64,000 nt of DNA from the NCBI GenBank assembly GCA_002437665.1, contig DJQW01000001.1, positions 392,727-456,726 of the forward strand. The letters run 5' to 3'. Under the pieces are notes generated by a model that saw only the letters and a program-made list of their open reading frames with translations, was not told the origin of the DNA and made no database searches. Shown piece after piece: positions 28,899-37,505 of the stretch; the stretch's first letter is position 1; every line of letters starts with the position of its first letter. Origin of the DNA: Alphaproteobacteria bacterium UBA6376 (GTDB lineage Bacteria > Pseudomonadota > Alphaproteobacteria > Rs-D84). The position numbers were made by a program, and so were the translations under genes.

Positions 28899-30152
28899 TT
28901 ATTCCTCTATGATGCGGCCCGCTTCCCAGCCCTCAATCGCGCGAATTGCGTCGACCACGCGGGACAGTTCGCTGTCGCTTAAATCGCTGATGCGACGATT
29001 TATGTTCAGGCCCGTAATCTGTTGAATCCGTCTGTGATACGCCGCAGTATTGTTTTCGGACGGCGGTGCGTATCGCGTGATTGCCCGCGCAATGGTCAGG
29101 TTATTGTACGATTTTCCGCGCAGAAGCGATGACACCGCGCGCGTTCCCGTTTCTTCGTCGGGGAATACGGCGAATCCGCCCGCCTGACCAATCGCGCCCG
29201 CCTTGCGCGAAAATTCAGAATAACGAATGTTCCCCGGATTCAGGTTTCGCCATGCGCGCGTACCACCCGTGCGACGTACGCGACGCCCATCGGCGGTTGT
29301 GTACACAACATCGCGCCCAGATGCCGCCGCCGACGTGTATTCCTGTGCCGATGGTTTGCGGGGGGAGCGCACAGACGGATTATTGGGCGTCGCATCACGT
29401 TGGGACGGTAATGGTATCAGCCGTTCGGGCGGGAATTCACCAGATGGCATATTTTCCACCGGCAATTCGCCATTTGGCAATTTATTAAACACACCATCAT
29501 CAATTTGTATCTTGTCGCGTGGTACGGTTATCGTGCCATTGGGCGCACGCCCCAGAATATCAAGTAACCGTTCTTTGTCTTCGTCTGATAATTGTTGTGA
29601 AATCGGTTCAAAGCCATTGCCTGTGTCATCTGGCATATCAATTTTGTCGCCAATAAATGTGTCGTTGGCTGGCGCGGAATCATCGCCATTGACATCGTCC
29701 GCCGCAACATTCGCACGCACCACACCAGAATCATATATATCAATGCTTTCGTATAAATCGGTCTGTTGGGGTGACATCTTTTTTTTGCGCATGTCCAACA
29801 TTTCATTGACCGTATTGATATCTACTGCAACCGTCCGACATCCGCGCGCAAACAAATCCCCGCCGTATATCATATTCAGTATCGCACCCGCGGCGGCCAA
29901 TGTCCCAAACATAATCGTTAAATTACGCAGGTTCATAAATATGTTATTTTTTGCCCCGCGTATCATTGATATGGCCCAGCCAAAAATCAACATACCCGTG
30001 ATAAAGGTTATGATAATCCATGCATATTCGGTGAATGTCTGAAAACTGCGCAGAATGCAAGACGGGTCTTCGATGTACAGGTTCGCCCCGTCCGCCCCCA
30101 AAACGTGGAATCCGGCATTGGACAGCAATCTAATAATTGTTGCAGTTTCCAT
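28899..30152 (-). CDS. Membrane protein with conserved C-terminal domain (WRNLNPGNIR motif)
   Basis: 417 aa; three TM segments then P/D-rich linker and a conserved-looking C-terminal domain. Confidence 0.5.
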   Translation of the reverse strand: METATIIRLLSNAGFHVLGADGANLYIEDPSCILRSFQTFTEYAWIIITFITGMLIFGWAISMIRGAKNNIFMNLRNLTIMFGTLAAAGAILNMIYGGDLFARGCRTVAVDINTVNEMLDMRKKKMSPQQTDLYESIDIYDSGVVRANVAADDVNGDDSAPANDTFIGDKIDMPDDTGNGFEPISQQLSDEDKERLLDILGRAPNGTITVPRDKIQIDDGVFNKLPNGELPVENMPSGEFPPERLIPLPSQRDATPNNPSVRSPRKPSAQEYTSAAASGRDVVYTTADGRRVRRTGGTRAWRNLNPGNIRYSEFSRKAGAIGQAGGFAVFPDEETGTRAVSSLLRGKSYNNLTIARAITRYAPPSENNTAAYHRRIQQITGLNINRRISDLSDSELSRVVDAIRAIEGWEAGRIIEE

Positions 30153-30169
30153 GTGCGCTCATTCGTTGC

Positions 30170-31264
30170 CTATTTTTTTGATGCAACACCTGTAAAGAAT
30201 CCTGGCATGGCAAAGTCATCGTCATTTGCGGCAATGCCCGCCCATCCAAACAAATCGCCCATCAGGCCGGTATCGTCGCGTTTCGCCTTTTTGAATGGTA
30301 AAATGTTTTTCAGTTTTCCGATTTTACCACGTGCCTCGGTCTTCTTTGGTGTGGGAATTTTGTCCTGATTTTCTGCAAATTCTGTTGCCAACTGGGCCAG
30401 TGTCGCGTCCGTATCGTCATCGTCGGTGTCTGATGGCGTGGCATCTGGGGTGTCAACAGGGGCGGGCGACATATCAAATTCATCATCCGCACTTTGCACC
30501 ACGTCTTCGTCAATGTGATCTTCGCGCAGGGGCGTCATGCTTTCCAACAACTGTTCCAGTGTTTTTTCAATCGGTTCTTCGGGTGCATCATCGGTAATGT
30601 CGGTGGTTGCAACCTGAACAGTATCGGTTTCAGTGATAACGGGTTCGGCATCAACAACTGTTGGTTCGGCAACCACGTTTTCAGTGACGGTTTCGGCAAC
30701 AACATCAACCGGTTCGGTTGTGTCCGCAACGTCAATAACTGGTGCGTCATCTGTGATATCTGTAACCACTGGTTCGGGTTCGACCACTGGTTTTGATGTC
30801 AGCACGGACAGAATTGAACTGACATTCGCGGGTGCATCCGCCACCGTGACCGGTTCGGATTCAACGTCCACCGCGGGGGCATCCGCCACCGCTGTCACAA
30901 CTTCTGCATCTGGCGTAACGTCTGCTGCCTTGGTGGCCTTTGCGGGACGACCGCGTGATTTCTTCTTTGGTTTTTCAGGTTCAATTTCTGGAACTGGGTC
31001 TATATCAATAACAGGTTCTGGTACGATTTCTGGGGTGACCATTTCCATAACAGGGGCGTCGTCCACGTCCATATCGACCGCCGGTTCTGGTTGCGCGTGT
31101 GCACCATCGGTTGCGCCCAATGCGTTATCATTGTCCACTGGAACACCAAACAAAACCGTGTCAGAATCCAACCCCAATGCACCGCGTACCTCTTCAAAAG
31201 CGGCGCGAATATCAGCCATATCAAAGATTTCACTGCCAGAAATATAGATTATTTTCGTTTTCAT
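30170..31264 (-). CDS. Highly acidic low-complexity protein with AT-hook-like KKSRGRPAK and repeated TDITDDAP units
   Basis: 364 aa; conserved-looking N-terminus (MADIRAAFEEVRGALG), long E/P/V/D-rich linker, C-terminal FAMPGFF. Confidence 0.5.
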   Translation of the reverse strand: MKTKIIYISGSEIFDMADIRAAFEEVRGALGLDSDTVLFGVPVDNDNALGATDGAHAQPEPAVDMDVDDAPVMEMVTPEIVPEPVIDIDPVPEIEPEKPKKKSRGRPAKATKAADVTPDAEVVTAVADAPAVDVESEPVTVADAPANVSSILSVLTSKPVVEPEPVVTDITDDAPVIDVADTTEPVDVVAETVTENVVAEPTVVDAEPVITETDTVQVATTDITDDAPEEPIEKTLEQLLESMTPLREDHIDEDVVQSADDEFDMSPAPVDTPDATPSDTDDDDTDATLAQLATEFAENQDKIPTPKKTEARGKIGKLKNILPFKKAKRDDTGLMGDLFGWAGIAANDDDFAMPGFFTGVASKK

Positions 31265-31345
31265 AAAACCTGTCCCCCAATAAACAGGGTTATTATATCA
31301 CATTTTAGTGTTGAACGCATATAAAAAATATCTTACACTGGGGGT

Positions 31346-31555
31346 ATGGCAGACATAAAACAGCAAATTTTTCAAGAATTAAACGCATTGGAAGAGGCCG
31401 CCGCCCGCCTGCGCGGAACGGCCGTTGCCGCCGGCAAACAAACGGATTTGGAGGTTGCAATTCTGACCGAACAGGTTCGAACCCTGCGCGATAAAAACGC
31501 CCGTGCCGTCCAAATGATTGATAAATCTGTTTCGATATTAAAGAAGTTAAAATGA
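31346..31555 (+). CDS. Small coiled-coil protein (DUF4164/ZapB-like candidate) preceding zapA
   Basis: 69 aa, entirely heptad-like. Confidence 0.45.
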   Translation: MADIKQQIFQELNALEEAAARLRGTAVAAGKQTDLEVAILTEQVRTLRDKNARAVQMIDKSVSILKKLK

Positions 31556-31830
31556 GTGTCGTTTCAATACCCATTGTGAACAAAAATTACCCCATGGGGT
31601 GCGAAGATGGCCAAGAATCGCGCCTGATTGAATTGGGAAAAATGGTTGATATGCGTGCGCGCGAGATTTTGGATAAAATCGGCCCACTGCCTGAAAACGC
31701 ACTGTTGGCGACACTGTGTATAGTTCTGGCGGACGAGGTGCATAACAGACCCGCACCCGCCGCAACTGATGCGGACTTAAAGGAAATCTTGGCACGCATC
31801 CGTGAAATTAAACATAAAATTGCACAATAA
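31552..31830 (+). CDS. zapA: Cell division protein ZapA-like
   Basis: 92 aa; VSIPIVNKNYPMGCEDGQ...LLATLCIVLADEV matches ZapA pattern. Confidence 0.55.
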   Translation: MSVVSIPIVNKNYPMGCEDGQESRLIELGKMVDMRAREILDKIGPLPENALLATLCIVLADEVHNRPAPAATDADLKEILARIREIKHKIAQ

Positions 31831-31859
31831 AAAATGCGCCCATTTGGGCGCGTTTCTTT

Positions 31860-32996
31860 TTACATCGTATGTTGGGCAAATTCACGCAACATAATATTTT
31901 GCTGTGGCGCGTATGCCAACATTCCATTGTTTTTTGCCATGGCTGCTTGCGCGGGCTCTTTGAAATAGCGGCTGCGCACCATGTCCAACAATGCCGGACG
32001 TGGCATCGCGTTCAGGTTTGGACGCGGGCCGGTTGTGGTATCGTTACGCTCCAAGAACGACACCAACGCGGAATCAGGCATTGCCTCTATACGTTGCCAT
32101 TCGGCGGCATATTGGGCGCGTGCAATCTTGCGCGTGTCGGCGGCAAATACATTCGATGCATCCCATGTTTCAAACAGGTCGCCGATTGTTTCGCGGTTGT
32201 GGCCGGTATAGATATAGCGACCCTTTTCATCTGGGACAAATTTCCCGTTTTCAATGCGGCCGCGACCCAACAGCATAATCATATGGAACTTGTTCTTGCT
32301 GCCGCGATAGCGGGGCACAACCAACATCGTACCGGCGGACAGTTCGTCTGCGGAAAAATTCTTGGCTGCAAACTGTGCGGCAACCGCATTGTGCACGGAA
32401 TCAGGTGCATCTTGTGCAACCTTGCGGCGGGCCAAATATTTACCCAGCGCGACATTATATGCACTGTCAGATTCAAACATTTGCCCTTCGTGAATGGCGT
32501 TCTGGTATTCAGGCGCGGCGTATTTTTTGCGCATTTCGGATTTGAACGCAATGCATGCGCGGCTGGCATCCGTCGGCACAATGGTCAATGTGTCGCCCAT
32601 ATCGCGCAACGCGCGGTTCAGTTGCGTGTATTGCCCATACACACAGTGATACCCAACCGGCGCACCTGGTAATTCTTGGCGGACGGCACTGCGGTATTTA
32701 ACCGTACCCAACAAAGGTTTCAATTTCTGCTGTGCGGTCAACATGTTATCGACATATTTGCCAACCAAATCGTCGGCCTTTTTGTCCAAAGACATCTGAT
32801 CCAGTTGCGATTTCATTTCTGGATTCATGATGTCAATCATCGCATTAAAAGGCATCGCATTGGTGTCCAGTGCCGCGATGGTGTGCGTACTGGTCGGCGT
32901 TTGCGCGCTGGTGTTGGAATTGCTGGCACGTGACAGGCCCGCCAAAACCACAGACGCCGGAATCAGCACATACGGAACAATTTTTTTGAATGACAT
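31860..32996 (-). CDS. Secreted hypothetical protein (possible Cys/His hydrolase)
   Basis: 378 aa with signal peptide; GYHCVYGQY and FHMIMLLGRG are reminiscent of a papain-like/CHAP fold; speculative. Confidence 0.45.
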   Translation of the reverse strand: MSFKKIVPYVLIPASVVLAGLSRASNSNTSAQTPTSTHTIAALDTNAMPFNAMIDIMNPEMKSQLDQMSLDKKADDLVGKYVDNMLTAQQKLKPLLGTVKYRSAVRQELPGAPVGYHCVYGQYTQLNRALRDMGDTLTIVPTDASRACIAFKSEMRKKYAAPEYQNAIHEGQMFESDSAYNVALGKYLARRKVAQDAPDSVHNAVAAQFAAKNFSADELSAGTMLVVPRYRGSKNKFHMIMLLGRGRIENGKFVPDEKGRYIYTGHNRETIGDLFETWDASNVFAADTRKIARAQYAAEWQRIEAMPDSALVSFLERNDTTTGPRPNLNAMPRPALLDMVRSRYFKEPAQAAMAKNNGMLAYAPQQNIMLREFAQHTM

Positions 32997-33342
32997 TTTT
33001 TACCTCCTTTGCAATCAAACAGACACACCCAGACCGTGCGGTCATGGTATGTTGATATTGTTTTTCGTTTTTGATTGGTTCACCGCGATACAAAAACTTC
33101 GCGATGTACATTCAGACAATTTGGAAATCCAAACCGCCCCGACTTGCCATAATTCTTTACCGGCAGCCCGCCCCATACGGGGAACCAAAGTTTGTATATA
33201 CATATAATAGTTATGCGCGATAAAATTTCAAGTGGAAAATTGAAAAACTATTAAATTTTTTAATGAATTTTTTCATCTCCACCTGAAAAAAAGGATTTTT
33301 TCTGTTGTTATTTTTTTTCAAATGTTCTAAATTTCGGGGGAA

Positions 33343-35574
33343 ATGAGCAAGGAAATAATCGAAAATATTGAATCACAACAACTGTCTGATGCGCTGTCCC
33401 AGCGGTATTTGTCATACGCGGTCAGCACGATTGTATCGCGCGCGCTGCCTGATGTCCGCGACGGGTTAAAGCCCGTACATCGTCGCATCTTGTATTCCAT
33501 GTTGCGCCAGAAATTGTCGCCATCGGCGGCGTTTCGTAAATGCGCGACGGTGGTCGGCGACGTGCTGGGTCACTATCATCCCCATGGGGACAGTTCGGTC
33601 TATGACGCAATGGTGCGCTTGGCCCAGGATTTCTCGGTACGCTATCCATTGATTGATGGTCAGGGTAACTTTGGTAATATCGATGGTGACCCCCAGGCGG
33701 CGTATCGTTATACCGAATCCAAAATGACCGATGCCGCCATGCTGATTATGGAGGGGATTGACGAAGACAGCGTTGACATGATGCCGAATTTTGACGGCAC
33801 AACGTCTGAACCCGTGGTTATGCCGGGGGCGTTCCCAAATTTGCTGGCCAACGGCGGTATGGGTATCGCGGTGGGTATGGCGACAAACATTCCAACCCAT
33901 AATGTGGCAGAGGTTTGCGATGCCTTGAATCTGGTAATTGATAAACCGGACGCCACCACCGCCCAGATTATGAAGAAACTGGTCGGGCCTGATTTCCCAA
34001 CGGGCGGCGTTTTGATTGACAGTTTTGACACAATCGTTAAAAACTATGAAACGGGTCGTGGCGCATTCCGCATTCGTGCGAAATGGGAAATTGAAAAACT
34101 GGATCGCGGTGCAGAGCAGGTGGTTATCACCGAAATCCCATATGGTCTGCTGAAATCCAAATTGGTGGAACAAATCGCCGGCCTGATTGACGCACGCAAA
34201 TTGCCATTGGTTGACGATATTGTCGATGAATCCACAACCGATGTTCGTATTGTTATCACACCAAAGAGCCGTAATGTCCCATTGGACAAAATGATGGCGC
34301 ACCTGTTTGCAATGACCGATTTGGAATATCGGTTCAATATGAACTTTAACGTCATCGATACCAATGGTGCACCGCGCGTGATGGGTATTGGATCGGTTCT
34401 GCGTGAATTTATCGCGCACCAGAAAAACGTTTTGGTACGTCGCACGAATTGGCGTTTGGGTAACATTACGCGTCGCTTGGAAATCTTGGGCGGTTTGCTG
34501 ATTGTGTACCTGAATTTGGATCGTGTGATTGAAATCATCAGAACCGAAGATGACGCAAAATCCGTCTTGATGTCGGAATTTAAGTTGAGCGAGGTTCAGG
34601 TAGAGGCGATTCTGAACACCCGCCTGCGCAGTTTGCGTAAACTGGAAGAAATGGAAATCCGCCGCGAAGATGCCGAATTGTTGGCGGAACAAAAGAATTT
34701 GCAGGAATTGCTGGCATCTGACCAAATGCAGAATGACCAGTTAAAGGCGTGGTTCACCGATATTAAAAAGCGTTATGATAAAAAGACCGCATTGGGTCGC
34801 CGCCGCACCACATGGGCGGAACAGACCGAAGAAATTGTGGTCAACGCCGACGAATTTATTGAAAAAGAACCATTGACCATAATCTTGTCCACGATGGGAT
34901 GGATTCGCGCGGCCAAGGGCACGTTGGATTTGAACAATTTGGATTTGAAATTCAAAGAGGGCGACGAACTGCAATTCGCATTCCATGCGATGTCGACCGA
35001 CAAAATCAACCTGTTCACATCGGCGGGCAAAATGTTCACATTGGCGGCAAACGAATTGCCGTCGGCGCGTGGGTTTGGTGAATCTGTACGTTTGATGGCG
35101 GACATCGCCGCGGATGAAACAATCGTGCGCGCGTTTGTCTTGGATGCGTCGGCAAAGTACCTGTTGGTGGCGCGCCATGGCACGGGATTCATCGTGTCGG
35201 GCGAAAATTGCTTGGCTCAGACCAAGAACGGCAAACAGGTTATGAACACAGACGCCACAAATCAGGCGATTATGTGTGTGCCGGTCACGGGTGACACGAT
35301 TGCAATGTCGGGGTCAAACGACAAACTGTTGATATTCCCGACCAGTGAAATTCCCGAAATGACCCGTGGCAAGGGTGTGATATTGCAAAAATACAACGCC
35401 GACCGTACGTATGTTTTGGACGTTATGTTCTTTAACGCGGCGGACGGTTTCGGTTGGACAACGGGGCGTGGCACGACCAAGTTGGACGATTGGACGCCGT
35501 GGACGGGGCGGCGTGCATCCCAGGGGCGCACCGTACCATTGGGATTCCCCCGCACCGGCAAATTCACAAAATAA
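33343..35574 (+). CDS. parC: DNA topoisomerase IV subunit A (ParC) / GyrA-family
   Basis: 743 aa; active-site region AAMRYTE-like ([11 protein letters not shown]), no long GyrA C-terminal box; size fits ParC. Confidence 0.8.
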   Translation: MSKEIIENIESQQLSDALSQRYLSYAVSTIVSRALPDVRDGLKPVHRRILYSMLRQKLSPSAAFRKCATVVGDVLGHYHPHGDSSVYDAMVRLAQDFSVRYPLIDGQGNFGNIDGDPQAAYRYTESKMTDAAMLIMEGIDEDSVDMMPNFDGTTSEPVVMPGAFPNLLANGGMGIAVGMATNIPTHNVAEVCDALNLVIDKPDATTAQIMKKLVGPDFPTGGVLIDSFDTIVKNYETGRGAFRIRAKWEIEKLDRGAEQVVITEIPYGLLKSKLVEQIAGLIDARKLPLVDDIVDESTTDVRIVITPKSRNVPLDKMMAHLFAMTDLEYRFNMNFNVIDTNGAPRVMGIGSVLREFIAHQKNVLVRRTNWRLGNITRRLEILGGLLIVYLNLDRVIEIIRTEDDAKSVLMSEFKLSEVQVEAILNTRLRSLRKLEEMEIRREDAELLAEQKNLQELLASDQMQNDQLKAWFTDIKKRYDKKTALGRRRTTWAEQTEEIVVNADEFIEKEPLTIILSTMGWIRAAKGTLDLNNLDLKFKEGDELQFAFHAMSTDKINLFTSAGKMFTLAANELPSARGFGESVRLMADIAADETIVRAFVLDASAKYLLVARHGTGFIVSGENCLAQTKNGKQVMNTDATNQAIMCVPVTGDTIAMSGSNDKLLIFPTSEIPEMTRGKGVILQKYNADRTYVLDVMFFNAADGFGWTTGRGTTKLDDWTPWTGRRASQGRTVPLGFPRTGKFTK

Positions 35575-35639
35575 AAACCGCCCCAAATGGGGTGGTTTTA
35601 TTTTTACCTTGCTTTTATTTTATCAAAAATTTACACTTG

Positions 35640-35873
35640 ATATGAACCCACGGGGACGTGTGGGTTCGGGACTTAGAAAATCCCATAAGAAAGCGGTGCA
35701 TTGCACCGAATGTCCGACGTATGAAAATGGTCGGCGCATATTGCGCCTGTTATTTTCTGTATCCCGACATATTTGGTCGGGAAGCGGTGGTTATATATCG
35801 AAAGCCATCGGGTCATTCTTTCTTATGATTTTTCTAACTTCCCGACCACCATACTCTGGTGGTTTTTGTTTGG
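35640..35873 (+). promoter_or_regulatory. Structured leader element copy C, ending in a terminator 18 nt before the Cys-rich gene 35891
   Basis: Stem1 TCCCGAC(35762-68)/GTCGGGA(35776-82). GTCGGGAAG(35776-84) can pair with CTTCCCGAC(35838-46). Terminator GACCACC(35844-50)/GGTGGTT(35858-64)+TTTTGTTTGG. Further 5' hairpins GAACCCACGGGG..GTGGGTTC and GGTGCATTGCACC. Confidence 0.55.
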
Positions 35874-35890
35874 TTGCACAGCAATAGGGG

Positions 35891-36337
35891 GTGTTAGTGA
35901 TAAATAATAAAATTTGTTTTTATATAATTTCTGCATTTGTGTTATGCGGGGGGCAATCCGCCGATGCGGCTGCCTGGTTGAACGGGTGCACAGAATCCAA
36001 GTATTGCATATGTGGAAATAGGATGGTCGGGGCAACTCAGAATAAATATTGCTGCCCAGAAACGAAAACATCAACAACGATAACATGTCCATCTGGTTGG
36101 ACGAAAGAAACATATTCTGGCATACAAATTCCAGAAGCACCCACTAAATACGTCTGTACCCGCGCTGACGAAACAACATACAACGCGTTATCGCATTCGT
36201 ATGTAAAAACGACGTATTCCACATGTTGGGCGGAATCCACCACCACGACCGAAACACGCTATTGCCCAACGACAACGGATTCGTGTGGTTTGAAACTTGA
36301 CTGTAAACTGGGTGACAGCCCAATCTTGGATTTATAG
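35891..36337 (+). CDS. Secreted Cys/Thr-rich protein (family member 2)
   Basis: 148 aa, GTG start, signal peptide, 14 Cys, T-rich. Confidence 0.5.
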   Translation: MLVINNKICFYIISAFVLCGGQSADAAAWLNGCTESKYCICGNRMVGATQNKYCCPETKTSTTITCPSGWTKETYSGIQIPEAPTKYVCTRADETTYNALSHSYVKTTYSTCWAESTTTTETRYCPTTTDSCGLKLDCKLGDSPILDL

Positions 36338-36355
36338 AAGCAGAGAGAATATCGC

Positions 36356-36682
36356 ATGAAAAAATTATTTTTATTGATTGTTATATTATTATGTGTGTCC
36401 GCGCGTGCTGCGGTAACAACGCCCCCAGATACAGATGCGCAGTGCCTGCCTGCTACAGTCACAACTGTTGCATGTGGGGCGGGGTACTACTTGAAAAATT
36501 CGCGCTTGGGGTGCGCGCGTTGTCCGGAAATTGGTAAAAATTCTGCGGGCAAGGTCATATACGGCACAACGCCCGATAAAAATACAGGTGGCATTGAATC
36601 ATGTTATGCACCATCGGGTGACTACATGGATGATACAGGCGGGTTTACGTTTACCAATCAATGCCAATATTCGTTAAATTGA
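36356..36682 (+). CDS. Secreted Cys-rich protein (family member 3; C..GYY...C..CP motif)
   Basis: 108 aa; signal peptide; VACGAGYYLKNSRLGCARCPEIGKN motif shared with 48911-49729. Confidence 0.5.
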   Translation: MKKLFLLIVILLCVSARAAVTTPPDTDAQCLPATVTTVACGAGYYLKNSRLGCARCPEIGKNSAGKVIYGTTPDKNTGGIESCYAPSGDYMDDTGGFTFTNQCQYSLN

Positions 36683-36758
36683 TTAAGCAATAACTTTATC
36701 ACTCATTCACTTTATCACTGTTACACTAATAAAAAACGCCCCATTTGGGGCGGTTTTA

Positions 36759-36938
36759 TTAGTGAGGCATTTTGCCTTCGGTCATGACCACGTGCTTGCG
36801 CAGTTTTGGGTCATACTTGCGGAATTTCATTTTGCCAGCCGTGTTTTCGGACTTGGTATTCTTGGTTGTTGTATAGAAATAGCCGGTTTCCTTGTTTTCC
36901 AGCTTTACAACTTCCTTGCTGCCTTTTTTAGATGCCAT
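36759..36938 (-). CDS. rpmG: 50S ribosomal protein L33
   Basis: 59 aa MASKKGSKEVVKLENKETGYFYTTTKNTKSENTAGKMKFRKYDPKLRKHVVMTEGKMPH with the L33 YTTTKN / KYDP / RKHV signature. Absent from the ORF track because it is shorter than 60 aa. Confidence 0.85.
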   Translation of the reverse strand: MASKKGSKEVVKLENKETGYFYTTTKNTKSENTAGKMKFRKYDPKLRKHVVMTEGKMPH

Positions 36939-37022
36939 GTTTATTACCTTTTGATTATTCTGATGCCGATTTTATGTTAAAAATTACCAGAAAGCAAGTG
37001 TTTTTTACTACTAATGCATTAT

Positions 37023-37118
37023 TGGTGCGGGCGAAGAGAATCGAACTCTTACGGGTTGCCCAGACACGCCCCTAAATCCAGCGCGTCTACCAGTTTGGTT
37101 GCGGCGCGCCGCAACCGC
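37023..37118 (-). pseudogene. tRNA-like sequence, probably a degenerate tRNA-Leu pseudogene
   Basis: Shares D-arm and T-arm (AAACTGGTAGACGCGCTGGATTTAGG...GTAAGAGTTCGATTCTCTT..CGCCCGCACCA) with the adjacent tRNA-Leu. Acceptor and anticodon stems do not close. Confidence 0.35.
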
Positions 37119-37156
37119 AGGACGCGATGCGCCCTAGTCGCCACGAACATTACTAT

Positions 37157-37241
37157 TGGTGCAGGTAAAGAGATTTGAACTCTTACGGGTTGCCCCACAG
37201 GAACCTAAATCCAGCGCGTCTACCAGTTTCGCCATACCTGC
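37157..37241 (-). tRNA. tRNA-Leu (anticodon UAG)
   Basis: GCAGGTA acceptor pairs with TACCTGC+A+CCA; D-arm GCG/AAACTGGTAGA/CGC; anticodon loop TT-TAG-GT; long variable arm; one U-U mismatch in the anticodon stem. Confidence 0.7.
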
Positions 37242-37254
37242 ACAGTGGAAATTT

Positions 37255-37374
37255 TTAATATACTGGGTAATTGCGGGGGTACGATGGGTCAGGGTGACTC
37301 AGATCTGATTTTACCCCGCACGCCGCCGTCGCCAATGTCGCAATCAATAAAAATCCAATAAATACACGTTTCAT
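37255..37374 (-). CDS. Small lipoprotein (39 aa)
   Basis: MKRVFIGFLLIATLATAACGVKSDLSHPDPSYPRNYPVY; lipobox LATAAC; not in the ORF track (shorter than 60 aa). Confidence 0.45.
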   Translation of the reverse strand: MKRVFIGFLLIATLATAACGVKSDLSHPDPSYPRNYPVY

Positions 37375-37505
37375 GTCCCTGATTATAATCGCGTCACGGG
37401 CATTAGTCAAATATTTACCTGATGCGGATTACTGTCCTGTTAAACGGTGGTGCTGCGCGCGTTATGATTGATACATAACTTTTTCAACCAAAGGGGAAAC
37501 AGATT

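Noticed and set aside
33466-34725. 419-aa and other minus-strand ORFs inside parC
   Set aside because: Antisense to parC and low complexity (Q/H/F-rich); no independent support.
35575-35640. Known ncRNAs (RNase P, 6S, SRP, tmRNA) in the hairpin-rich parC-downstream region
   Set aside because: None of the conserved RNase P P4 or SRP domain IV sequences are present. The region is better explained as leader element copy C.
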